A stretch of DNA of 64,000 nucleotides, taken from contig NZ_JBBNAM010000325.1 in assembly GCF_037994425.1 (NCBI RefSeq), positions 2,438-66,437 of the forward strand, given 5' to 3'. Origin of the DNA: Phyllobacterium sp. (lineage in GTDB: Bacteria; Pseudomonadota; Alphaproteobacteria; Rhizobiales; Rhizobiaceae). Numbering within the stretch: position 1 is the first letter of the stretch; each line of letters opens with the position of its first letter. The notes below the pieces were generated by a model. The model did no database searches. It had not been told where the DNA came from and was given only the letters and a program-made list of their open reading frames with translations. Of the stretch, positions 12,437 to 21,234 are shown piece by piece. A program made the position numbers and the translations under genes.

Positions 12437-14593
12437 TCAAACCGAGCCGACATTGACGATCGGCAGGCGCCGAACAGGACCATGGTTCAATCGCCGCCAC
12501 GCATTGGCAATTGCCGGCCCGACGGGTGGCACGCCAGGTTCGCCAACACCCGAGGGTTTTTCGCTTGACGGAATGATCGCAACTTCCACCGCCGGCATTT
12601 CATTGATCCGCAAGGATCGGTAGTCGTGGAAGTTGGATTGCACGATCTTGCCACCCTGACCGAGGGTAATTGCATCGAAAAGAATGGCGCCAACGCCATA
12701 GCCGATGCCGCCTTCCATCTGCGCCTTGATGACATTGGGATTGATCGCCACGCCGCAGTCGACGGCACACCAGACCTTATGCACCCGCGGAGCGCCGTCA
12801 TCGCCAGTCGATACCTCGACGATCTGCGCCACGTAAGTGCCGAAGCTCTTGACCACCGCAACGCCGCGCTGACGGCCTTCGGGAACGGCTGAACCCCAGT
12901 CGGCCATCTCGGCAACCTTCTTCAAGGTTCCCATATGACGGGGCTCCTTGGTCAAAAGCGCAAGACGTCCCTCAACCGGGTCCTTGCCAACTTTCTCGAG
13001 AAGTTCGTCCATGAAGGTTTCGACGGCAAATCCCGTATGGGTATGGCCGACCGATCGCCACCAGAGCGGCGGTACCGCCAGCGAAACATTGTGCGAAATA
13101 ACGCGCAGGTTCGGTATGACGTAGGGAAGGTTCGCGGCCCCCTCCACGGAGGTCTCGTCGAGATCCGCCTTGGCGAGGATGGATTGGCCGACGATCGTCT
13201 GATCCCAGCCGACGATGTTGCCGTCGGCATCGATCGCCCCGCGCATCTTGTGCATGTACATGGGCCGGTAGAAGCCGCCGCGTATGTCGTCTTCCCGCGT
13301 CCACATGTGTTTCATCGGGCGCCCACCGTCAGTCGCGGCGAAAACCGCCGCCGCCTCGGCGATATAGGGCGAGCCAAATTGCGCCTTACGACCGAAACTG
13401 CCACCGGCCAACTGCGTATTTACCCGCACCTTGTCCGGGTCAAGTCCCAGCACCGTCGCCGCTACCTTCTTGTCCATGCCGGGAAATTGAGCGCCGTTAT
13501 AGACGTCCACCGATCCATCTGCAGCTTTGATGAAGACCGCATCGAGCGGCTCCATCGGCGCATGTGCAAGGAATGGAAAAGCGATCTCCGCTTCCAGGCT
13601 TTGCACGCCTTTGGCACTGAACGCTTTCTCCACATCGCCGGTGTTGGCGGCATCATGTCCCTTCGTGCCGAACATCTTGGCGAAATCGGCCGTAAGCTCG
13701 TCAGTTGACCGGGTTTCCGCCTTGGAGAGATCCCATTCAATGGCCAAGGCTTCGCGGCCCTTCAACGCGGCAAAGGTATTGTCGGCATAGACCGCCACCC
13801 CCTGGGGGATCGTCTTGACATCGACAACCCCGGCGATCTTGCGTGCTGCCCCATCGTCGACGGACTTCACGGCCGCGCCGAAATGCTCCGGATGAGCGAC
13901 GACGGCGTAAAGCGTATTGTCAGCCGTGATATCGAGCGTGAACACGGCTGTGCCATTGGTCTTGCTTACCGTATCGAGCTTAGGCAGCTCCTGGCCGATG
14001 AGGACGAAATCCTTGGGATCCTTCAGTTTAGGTTCTGGAGGTGGCGTCTGGGTCGCCGCCTTGTCCGCAAGCGCTCCGAAGCCGCTTTCCTTGCTGGAGC
14101 CCGCATGTCTGATCCGGCCCTTCTCGACCGTGATTTCGCTTGCGGGAACGCCCCATTCGGCGGCGGCTGCGGCGACCAGCATGGCGCGGGCTGTCGCACC
14201 TGCCTTACGCAATTGATCATAGGAGTTGGCGATTGAGGTCGATCCACCCGTACCCTGCAAGCCGAATGCCAGATTGGCGTAGACCTTGTCATCGGCGGGT
14301 GCGTGAACGGCTCGCATCTGGCTCCAATCCGCATCAAGCTCCTCGGCAACAATCGTCGAAAGACCGGTGAAGGGTCCCTGGCCGAACTCGATATGCTTGG
14401 ACAGGACCGTAACCGTGTCGTCGGTACCGATTTTTATGAATGCGTTGATCTGGGAAAGGCTTTTGTCGCCGCCGGCTTGAATCCCTTCCAGGGCTGAGGC
14501 CGTGAAGACTTTCGGCAGGAGCGTGAATCCGATTACCAGCCCGGCACCAGCAAGGAATGATCGGCGTGTCGATGTAATGGCGTTGAAGGTCAT
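12437..14593 (-). CDS. iorB: Molybdopterin oxidoreductase large subunit (IorB/xanthine dehydrogenase family)
   Basis: Twin-arginine TRRSFL, EFGQG, GGSFGRK, WWRSVG, GVGEPGVPP. Confidence 0.92.
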   Translation of the reverse strand: MTFNAITSTRRSFLAGAGLVIGFTLLPKVFTASALEGIQAGGDKSLSQINAFIKIGTDDTVTVLSKHIEFGQGPFTGLSTIVAEELDADWSQMRAVHAPADDKVYANLAFGLQGTGGSTSIANSYDQLRKAGATARAMLVAAAAAEWGVPASEITVEKGRIRHAGSSKESGFGALADKAATQTPPPEPKLKDPKDFVLIGQELPKLDTVSKTNGTAVFTLDITADNTLYAVVAHPEHFGAAVKSVDDGAARKIAGVVDVKTIPQGVAVYADNTFAALKGREALAIEWDLSKAETRSTDELTADFAKMFGTKGHDAANTGDVEKAFSAKGVQSLEAEIAFPFLAHAPMEPLDAVFIKAADGSVDVYNGAQFPGMDKKVAATVLGLDPDKVRVNTQLAGGSFGRKAQFGSPYIAEAAAVFAATDGGRPMKHMWTREDDIRGGFYRPMYMHKMRGAIDADGNIVGWDQTIVGQSILAKADLDETSVEGAANLPYVIPNLRVISHNVSLAVPPLWWRSVGHTHTGFAVETFMDELLEKVGKDPVEGRLALLTKEPRHMGTLKKVAEMADWGSAVPEGRQRGVAVVKSFGTYVAQIVEVSTGDDGAPRVHKVWCAVDCGVAINPNVIKAQMEGGIGYGVGAILFDAITLGQGGKIVQSNFHDYRSLRINEMPAVEVAIIPSSEKPSGVGEPGVPPVGPAIANAWRRLNHGPVRRLPIVNVGSV

Positions 14594-14596
14594 GGC

Positions 14597-15055
14597 TCAG
14601 CCCTCCATCGTGTCGGCGGCGTCGTGGATTGCCTGCCTGATGCGGTGATAGGTAGCGCAGCGACAGATATTGCCCGCCATCGCACCATCGATATCTGCGT
14701 CCGTTGGCTTGGGTGTCAATTGCAGGAGCGATACCGCAGACATGATCTGGCCGGACTGGCAGTAACCGCATTGCGGCACGTCGATCGCGATCCATGCCTT
14801 GCGCACCGCTTCGGCTTCCTTCCCCTCGATGCCTTCAATGGTGATGACCTCCGATCCTTCCACCGTCGAAATCGGGGTAATACAACTGCGCCGTGTCGTC
14901 CCGTCGAGATGAACGGTGCACGCGCCGCATTGGGCAATGCCGCATCCATACTTCGTACCGGTGAGCTTCTCGAAATCGCGCAAGACCCAGAGCAACGGGG
15001 TGTCGGGGTCCCCGTCGAAAGTCCGTTCTTGTCCATTAAGCTTGAAGGTAATCAT
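14597..15055 (-). CDS. iorA: [2Fe-2S] small subunit (IorA/CoxS family)
   Basis: [28 protein letters not shown]. Confidence 0.95.
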   Translation of the reverse strand: MITFKLNGQERTFDGDPDTPLLWVLRDFEKLTGTKYGCGIAQCGACTVHLDGTTRRSCITPISTVEGSEVITIEGIEGKEAEAVRKAWIAIDVPQCGYCQSGQIMSAVSLLQLTPKPTDADIDGAMAGNICRCATYHRIRQAIHDAADTMEG

Positions 15056-15338
15056 GGTCGAACTCCGCATCTGGCTTGCAGCACTGGTGCTAGCTTGAGT
15101 TGGCGTCTTTCGTGGAGCTAAGGCATAACACGATTTTTTTTGCCTGCCCCACACGATGTTCTCTACCTCACGCCATCGTGAGAGCGGCGCGTATCGGGTC
15201 GATGTGTCCCGCTTGCAGCGTCGCTCGCCTGCCCGGCCTGTTCAAGGCGCTAAACATTTGTTGAGCATAGAAGTTCCCTCGCCTCTTGTTGCCAACCGGT
15301 CGAACTTCTAGGATCTGGCCGAGGTCGGGAATTGGTCG

Positions 15339-16259
15339 ATGCAGGAGCTTGCAGAAAAATCGCGGAGGCAAATCGGGTGGGGTGCGCCGCTCTCCGCCGT
15401 CGTGCACGTTTGCGTCATCCTCCTCCTGTTGCTGGGATTGCCTCTTCCCTCCCCGGTCGAGACGCCGCAGCAAGAGGTGGATGTGGAGCTTGTCCCGCCG
15501 CCACCTCCGCCGAAACCGCAGGAGAAACCTCCAGAAAATACGAAACGAGCCACGCCGATGCTGGCTTTTGAATCCGCTGCAGGGAAAAAGGACCAGAATG
15601 TGAAGGAGCCGCAGCCGGCACCGGCAGCGCCAAGCGAACCGGTTGAGGCCCCTACCGACAAACCTGCCGAACCAGAAAACAAGGCCGCGGCAGGTGGGAA
15701 ACCCACCGAAGCCGCCGCGAGCGCACCGGATCGACAAAGCCCGGATGGGCTTGCTGCGGCTGAAGCCAAGGTAGCCGACGCGAATGCTGCGGCCGCGGCG
15801 AAACCGGCGCCTGCCCCAACTGCCTCCACCGCCCCAAAGCCGGAGGAAAGCAAGAAACCCGACGCCGCCAAGCCCGCGCCGCGGCGCGGCAAGCTGGTTG
15901 TCGCGCGCGAGCTATATTCCCCAGGGGCTATGTTTGATCCGCGCGTGATGCAGGCGCTCGGGCGGTTACCGCCGCGACAGCGCATGAAACAGGTCTGTAT
16001 GATTGAGGCGCTGGAACAAATCCGCCGGCAAAAGCCAGGCACGGACATACTTGTTCCATTTGGCGCCAGTGGAAGCAGCTACTCCGAAACGTCGCTCGAC
16101 GCGATTGGCGGTGCATTCAGAAACGGTCCGAACTGGTACAACATCGACTTTCATTGCAAGGTCGATACCGAGCGCACCAAAGTCGTGGCATTCAGCTACG
16201 CGATCGGCAGCATGGTGCCGAAAAGCGAATGGGTCAGCCGGCAGTTCCCATCGGACTAG
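15339..16259 (+). CDS. DUF930-like protein: N-terminal TM helix, Pro/Ala-rich linker, C-terminal domain
   Basis: SAVVHVCVILLLL, poly-Pro tract, C-terminal QVCMIEALEQIR...GGAFR...WY...FHC. Confidence 0.75.
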   Translation: MQELAEKSRRQIGWGAPLSAVVHVCVILLLLLGLPLPSPVETPQQEVDVELVPPPPPPKPQEKPPENTKRATPMLAFESAAGKKDQNVKEPQPAPAAPSEPVEAPTDKPAEPENKAAAGGKPTEAAASAPDRQSPDGLAAAEAKVADANAAAAAKPAPAPTASTAPKPEESKKPDAAKPAPRRGKLVVARELYSPGAMFDPRVMQALGRLPPRQRMKQVCMIEALEQIRRQKPGTDILVPFGASGSSYSETSLDAIGGAFRNGPNWYNIDFHCKVDTERTKVVAFSYAIGSMVPKSEWVSRQFPSD

Positions 16260-16356
16260 ACTGGGCCCGTTACTGTTACGTACTTGCACGACAGGCGTAA
16301 GATGGCGAATGTCGATCGTATTTCCGACCAAGCTTTTTTGAGACTGGAGAGGTACT

Positions 16357-16929
16357 ATGTCGATGTCATTGGACCAGGCAGCCGAAGTCTATCGCGAAGC
16401 AATGCGGCAGACCGTGAAGCGGTACTCTCTGTGGTACCTGATCGAAGGAATATTGCTCGTTGTTGCGGGCGTTCTTGCTATCATCTACCCGGTATTTTCG
16501 TCCGTTGCGGTCATCCTGTTGCTCGGCTGGCTGCTCATTTTCAGCGGCATATTACAATGCGTCGGGCTCTTTTATGCCCGCCACGTGCCCAATTTCTGGT
16601 TGCAGCTCATCTCCGTTTTCCTGGCCATCCTTATCGGTTTCCTGTTTCTGCGCGATCCGGCGCAGGGCCTCGTCACCGTGACACTGCTACTCATCGTCTT
16701 CTTCATGATCGAAGGCATATCGAAGGTCGTCTTCTCACTGACAATCCGCCCCTTCCCGCATTGGGGTTGGGTGCTTGCCAGCGGCATCGTCGGCATCCTG
16801 CTGTCGCTGCTCCTCATGGTAAGCCTGCCGATTACGGCGCTGTGGCTCGTCGGCCTGTTGCTCGGTATACAGCTGATCAGTGTGGGTGGAGCGCTCGCCC
16901 AACTCGCCTGGCAGGTGCGGAAGAGCTGA
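16357..16929 (+). CDS. HdeD family membrane protein
   Basis: GGAGAGG RBS; six hydrophobic segments; HdeD/DUF308-like LIEGILLVVAGVLAIIYP. Confidence 0.88.
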   Translation: MSMSLDQAAEVYREAMRQTVKRYSLWYLIEGILLVVAGVLAIIYPVFSSVAVILLLGWLLIFSGILQCVGLFYARHVPNFWLQLISVFLAILIGFLFLRDPAQGLVTVTLLLIVFFMIEGISKVVFSLTIRPFPHWGWVLASGIVGILLSLLLMVSLPITALWLVGLLLGIQLISVGGALAQLAWQVRKS

Positions 16930-16938
16930 CGCGCTCCC

Positions 16939-17694
16939 TTAATTATCACGATCGTCGGGTGGGCATGGCCATCCCGCTGGCGCCTTGAGCCCGGCGGGCA
17001 GCTTGGTGTTTGCGTCGCCACACGCCAGGTCGATCTGCGCCTGCTCAAGCCCCTGCGCCGCTGAAAGATCGAGACCCTCGATCCTCGTCAGGTACATAAA
17101 GGCGTGGTCGAAGACGAGCGGTCCGCCAAATGTTGCTTGGCTAAGATCAGCACGCGACAGGTTGGCGAGCGAAAAGCGCACGCCTGTGAGGACCGCCTTG
17201 TCGAAATCGGCACGTCCGAGCTCGGCTTTCTCAAAATTCGCCCCGGTCAGTTTGGCGTCACCGAAATTGGCGCGCTGAAGTTCAGCATTGGCGAAGTTCG
17301 CACCCTCCGCTGAAATGCCGGCAAAGTTGCTGCGATAGGCTTCAACCTTGGAGAAGTTCGCCTTGTCGGCCCTGGCTCCCGCCAGCGACGCCCGGACCAG
17401 CGTGGCTTTTTCCAGATCGGCTGATTTCAGGTTGGAGTTGCTGAGGTCGGTGACGGCAAAGTCGGTGCTGTAGAGCTTCGCCCCCTCGAGTTCGCTGCCA
17501 GGGATCATGATGTTCCGCTTGCTGCAATCGCTCCAGTCAAGTCCGGGCGCCGCTGTGGCACCGCAATCGGCCGCCATTGCAGGTCTCAACGGCGCCAACG
17601 CCGCAGCACCGACCAATGCGAACGCAGCGAGGATCCAAGGCCTCCACTTTGCCGCTGATATATCTCCGACCGCCGCTCCGACAAAGACCCTCAT
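16939..17694 (-). CDS. Exported pentapeptide-repeat protein
   Basis: Signal peptide then A(D/N)(L/F)xx repeats (ANFANAELQRANFGDAKLTGANFEKAEL). Confidence 0.92.
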   Translation of the reverse strand: MRVFVGAAVGDISAAKWRPWILAAFALVGAAALAPLRPAMAADCGATAAPGLDWSDCSKRNIMIPGSELEGAKLYSTDFAVTDLSNSNLKSADLEKATLVRASLAGARADKANFSKVEAYRSNFAGISAEGANFANAELQRANFGDAKLTGANFEKAELGRADFDKAVLTGVRFSLANLSRADLSQATFGGPLVFDHAFMYLTRIEGLDLSAAQGLEQAQIDLACGDANTKLPAGLKAPAGWPCPPDDRDN

Positions 17695-17810
17695 ATCGCT
17701 ACTCCGACTCTTTGTTGCATCATTGGGGTTTCGAGCATAACGCAGCGCATGGACGAAACCAATTGATTTCACAGGCAAAAGCGCCAGACTGGCCCCGGCA
17801 ATTGCGTTGG

Positions 17811-18221
17811 CTACGGCACCAACGAGTCGAGCTCCGGCAGTAGAACAACGCTTTCCTGCTCGTTTGGGTCCGTACGCGCAATAACCGCGGTACAGGGTGT
17901 ATTGCTGAGATTGGCCGGGAGATGCGGAACGCCCGGTGGAATATAAAAAAGCTCCCCGGCATGAACAATGACATGTTCCTTGAGCCCATCGCCATACCAG
18001 GTATGCGCCTCGCCGGACAGCATATAGATGGCCGTTTCGTGGGCCTCATGCATATGCGCCTTGGCCCGCGCCCCCGGCGGAATTGTCAGTATATGCATGC
18101 AGATTCCCGTTGAACCGACTGTCTCGGCCGCGATTCCCTCAAAGTAATTGAGCCCCTGCTTGCCACCGTAAGTGTGATGGGGTTTGACGATTCGGCAAGT
18201 GGGTTTAGAATTTGCGTCCAT
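17811..18221 (-). CDS. Cupin domain protein
   Basis: AKAHMHEAHETAIY, FYIPPGVPH; GGAGG RBS. Confidence 0.92.
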   Translation of the reverse strand: MDANSKPTCRIVKPHHTYGGKQGLNYFEGIAAETVGSTGICMHILTIPPGARAKAHMHEAHETAIYMLSGEAHTWYGDGLKEHVIVHAGELFYIPPGVPHLPANLSNTPCTAVIARTDPNEQESVVLLPELDSLVP

Positions 18222-18436
18222 CGTTGCCTCCTAACGAGGTAAGGAAAAAGCCTGAGAGTTCGTCGCCAGCATAGCATGCAATGGTCGTAACTGCTGGGAA
18301 AACGGCCGCAATTCACCCAAGCGGGTGATGCGGCGAACCGCAAGTTCGATCAGTATCCGCTTAGCAAGCCAATGATTCGTTACATTCATTATGCGTGCCG
18401 TGCGTCACATCCTCGGTTGAACCTCAGGAGAACAGG

Positions 18437-18862
18437 ATGCCGGACCGACATGAATTTTATCGCATTGAGATCTGCGGCCGCACCTTTACCGGTACCGTCC
18501 ACGCCGACGGTCCGTACTTGAAACTGCTAGAAAGCCGCACCTTTGGTTACGGCGCTCCACTTCGCTCGCATCTGGTTCTTTCGAAGCGTGCTGGTAGACG
18601 CTACTATGCCGTCTACCGCAATGCCGAACCGCTTATATCGCTGCCCCTCTTCCTCGATGAGGACTTGGAGCTGCTCGCCGGGGAGTTCGGCATACCAATC
18701 GATGACAGGTCCAGACATTATTCGTTCGCACGCAGCCCGGCCTCGCAAGCGCTGAAGGAGTGGTCCCTTCAACATCCGGAGATTGCTCGCGCTTGTTCCG
18801 GCATCACGACAATTATCCCCCGCTGGTACCAGTTAGGTCGTCGCCGCCTCGCCTCACTTTGA
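18437..18862 (+). CDS. Hypothetical protein
   Basis: AGGAGAACAGG before ATG; 141 aa; no family recognised. Confidence 0.6.
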   Translation: MPDRHEFYRIEICGRTFTGTVHADGPYLKLLESRTFGYGAPLRSHLVLSKRAGRRYYAVYRNAEPLISLPLFLDEDLELLAGEFGIPIDDRSRHYSFARSPASQALKEWSLQHPEIARACSGITTIIPRWYQLGRRRLASL

Positions 18863-19885
18863 CGGCGGGAAAATCACTTTCCAGTCGTCCTTCATGCTGA
18901 CGACCTGCCAGCCCTTTGCGACTGCTTCGTCCCAGCCCTTATCGAGCTTCGCCAGCTTGTCGGTGCGGTCGTAGGCATATTCGCGTTCTGCGTCGTCATG
19001 ATGGATATAGACCGCCAGCCCCGCCCCACTCCCGGCCGTCGTATATTCCAGCATTTCGCGATCCCCGTCGGAGTTTCCGATCGCTATGATCGGCCGGCGT
19101 CCAATGAACCGGTTGATACCCACGGGTTTGCCGGCACCGTCATCAATAAATTCCACCTTGGGTTCCTTCATCAATTCGGGCTTGCCGTCGGCACCGAGCT
19201 CATATTTGACGACACCGGACGAGCCAATGACCTGCTCCGGCGGCACACCATAGATTTTCTCGGCAAAGACGCGCATGAACTCGACGCCTCCACCCGACAC
19301 GATAAATGTCCTGAACCCATTGTCGCGCAGATAAGTGAGCAGTTCGAGTTGCGGCTGGTAGACAAGTTCGCCATAGGGTTTCTGTCGGACCGGGTGCTTC
19401 GCGGTTGCAAACCAGTCGGCGACATTCTTGGAGAACGCTTCCGTGGTCATGCCCGTGTGCGTTGCCACCATGATCTCGCCAACACCCTTCATGCCGGCCG
19501 CTTCGATACCTGCCATATCGTTGGCAAGCACTGATTTGTAAGGCTCTGTAGCCTTCCATTCCGGGTGCTCAGGCGCCATGCGCTTGATCTCATCCATTGC
19601 AAAGAAAAACTCGAAGGGAACCGGCTTTTCCGCCCATAGCGTTCCGTCATTGTCGAAGACCGCGATGCGATCCGCGGGAGCGACGAAGTCGACTGAGCCA
19701 TCGGTCGTAAACCGCTTGACGAAATCGACGATGGCTGTTCGGTTTGCTCCATCGTTCCAGGATGGCAGCGGGTCGGATTGAGCAAAGGCCGAAGCCGTAT
19801 TCAAGACCAGAAATATGGTGAGGGCAGCCCAGGCCCCGGCCAGCCTTGCGAGGCGACCGCGCCCCGAGCTCGCAAAATCTCTCAT
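18854..19885 (-). CDS. Exported HAD-superfamily hydrolase
   Basis: Signal peptide ending ASAFA; motif I FDNDGTLW, IVSGGG, GNSDGD. Confidence 0.92.
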   Translation of the reverse strand: MRDFASSGRGRLARLAGAWAALTIFLVLNTASAFAQSDPLPSWNDGANRTAIVDFVKRFTTDGSVDFVAPADRIAVFDNDGTLWAEKPVPFEFFFAMDEIKRMAPEHPEWKATEPYKSVLANDMAGIEAAGMKGVGEIMVATHTGMTTEAFSKNVADWFATAKHPVRQKPYGELVYQPQLELLTYLRDNGFRTFIVSGGGVEFMRVFAEKIYGVPPEQVIGSSGVVKYELGADGKPELMKEPKVEFIDDGAGKPVGINRFIGRRPIIAIGNSDGDREMLEYTTAGSGAGLAVYIHHDDAEREYAYDRTDKLAKLDKGWDEAVAKGWQVVSMKDDWKVIFPPSK

Positions 19886-20079
19886 GACTCTCTCCTGCCA
19901 ACAAGTCGCAATTCATTCATATCGGCTCGTGTGGATGGCAACGGGAAGTACGTAACAGTTACATGGGGGCCCGCCGCGAAAGGGTGAGACAAAATCCTAA
20001 TCCTTGTCCGGTGGGCGGCTCCGTGATAATTTGCTGCCATTCCGCTCAAGAGAATCCGAGATAGGGCGGAGGACGTGGA

Positions 20080-20670
20080 ATGAAGATTCTGTATGGTTCC
20101 GTTCTAGGGATCATGCTGGGGATGTCAGCTGTATTGGCAGGCCCGTTGCATGATGCTGCCAAGGACGGTGATGTCGCGCGCGCGAAACAACTGATCGATC
20201 AAGGTGCAAAGGTGGTGGAACCCGATGAAACGGGAGAACCTCCATTGCTCATTGCCGCATTGAATGGTCATGCGGATGTTGTCGTGCTGCTGTTGGAACG
20301 AGGTTCCGACATTGAGATCCGCAATAAAGGCGGCCTGACGGCGTTGCACGCGGCTGCCTATGGCGGACATCTCGATGTGGTGGAATTGCTCGTTTCCAAA
20401 GGCGCGGCCATCAACGACCAGAAGAATTTTTATCACATGTCGCCCCTGCACGCGGCTGCCGAGGAGGGCCATGCGGATATAGTTGCATTCCTCCTGGCAA
20501 ACAAAGCCGAAGTCGAGGCAACGGAAAGAAATGGCTACACGCCGTTGAGCCAGGCAGGATGGCGCGAACACTGGGATTCAGCCGACCTACTGATCAAGGC
20601 GGGCGCGGTCTGCCAGAAGGCCGACCTTGTCGGCGAGCGGCTCTTTAGCGAATGCAGCAAGCGCAAATAG
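20080..20670 (+). CDS. Exported ankyrin-repeat protein
   Basis: Signal peptide; repeats PLLIAALNGH, TALHAAAYGGH, SPLHAAAEEGH, TPLSQAG. Confidence 0.95.
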   Translation: MKILYGSVLGIMLGMSAVLAGPLHDAAKDGDVARAKQLIDQGAKVVEPDETGEPPLLIAALNGHADVVVLLLERGSDIEIRNKGGLTALHAAAYGGHLDVVELLVSKGAAINDQKNFYHMSPLHAAAEEGHADIVAFLLANKAEVEATERNGYTPLSQAGWREHWDSADLLIKAGAVCQKADLVGERLFSECSKRK

Positions 20671-20720
20671 GGCTCGGAACAGCGAGAGCCGCACCAGATT
20701 TACGGAATTGGAGGATTGGA

Positions 20721-21233
20721 ATGTCAGATCACAAGCGGAGACACGCGATAGCGATAGCAGCGGCCGTTGTTGGCGTGCTTTCGTTCGCACAGCCGGTTGT
20801 GGCGAAGGAATTCGTCAATACTGGCTATTTCGGAGACGTTGCGATCAAGGGCTATGACCCGGTCGCCTATTTCACCCAGCATGATGCCGTGCAAGGCAGC
20901 CCGCAGTATTCTTATCACTGGCTCGGCGCCACCTGGCAATTTGCCAATGCCGAAAATCGTGACCTGTTCAAGGGCGATCCAAGCAAATACGCTCCGCAAT
21001 ATGGCGGTTATTGCGCCGACGGGGTTTCCTTCGGCACGGTAACAACCAATATCGATCCGAAGGCATGGCGTATCATCGAGGGCAAGCTTTATATCAGTTA
21101 TGACCCCGGCACGGCGGAAGGCTTCGAAGAGAGCCCGACCAAGCTGACCGACTCGAAAAAGCATTGGTCGGAAGTCGAGCAGACGCTCGTTTCGGAGAAG
21201 CAGAAGAAGGACTGGGAAGGTCCCACCAACTGA
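20721..21233 (+). CDS. Exported YHS-like domain protein
   Basis: GGAGG RBS; signal peptide; GYDPVAYF and YAPQYGGYCA (Cys codon TGC). Confidence 0.92.
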   Translation: MSDHKRRHAIAIAAAVVGVLSFAQPVVAKEFVNTGYFGDVAIKGYDPVAYFTQHDAVQGSPQYSYHWLGATWQFANAENRDLFKGDPSKYAPQYGGYCADGVSFGTVTTNIDPKAWRIIEGKLYISYDPGTAEGFEESPTKLTDSKKHWSEVEQTLVSEKQKKDWEGPTN

Positions 21234-21234
21234 C

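Noticed and set aside
15490-15880. Low-complexity Pro/Ala tracts here and at about 50880-51090 and 53470-53600 as DNA repeats
   Set aside because: Explained by protein linkers; no regular nucleotide period.
20990-21025. Selenocysteine in the YHS-like protein
   Set aside because: The GGYC cysteine is encoded by TGC, not TGA.
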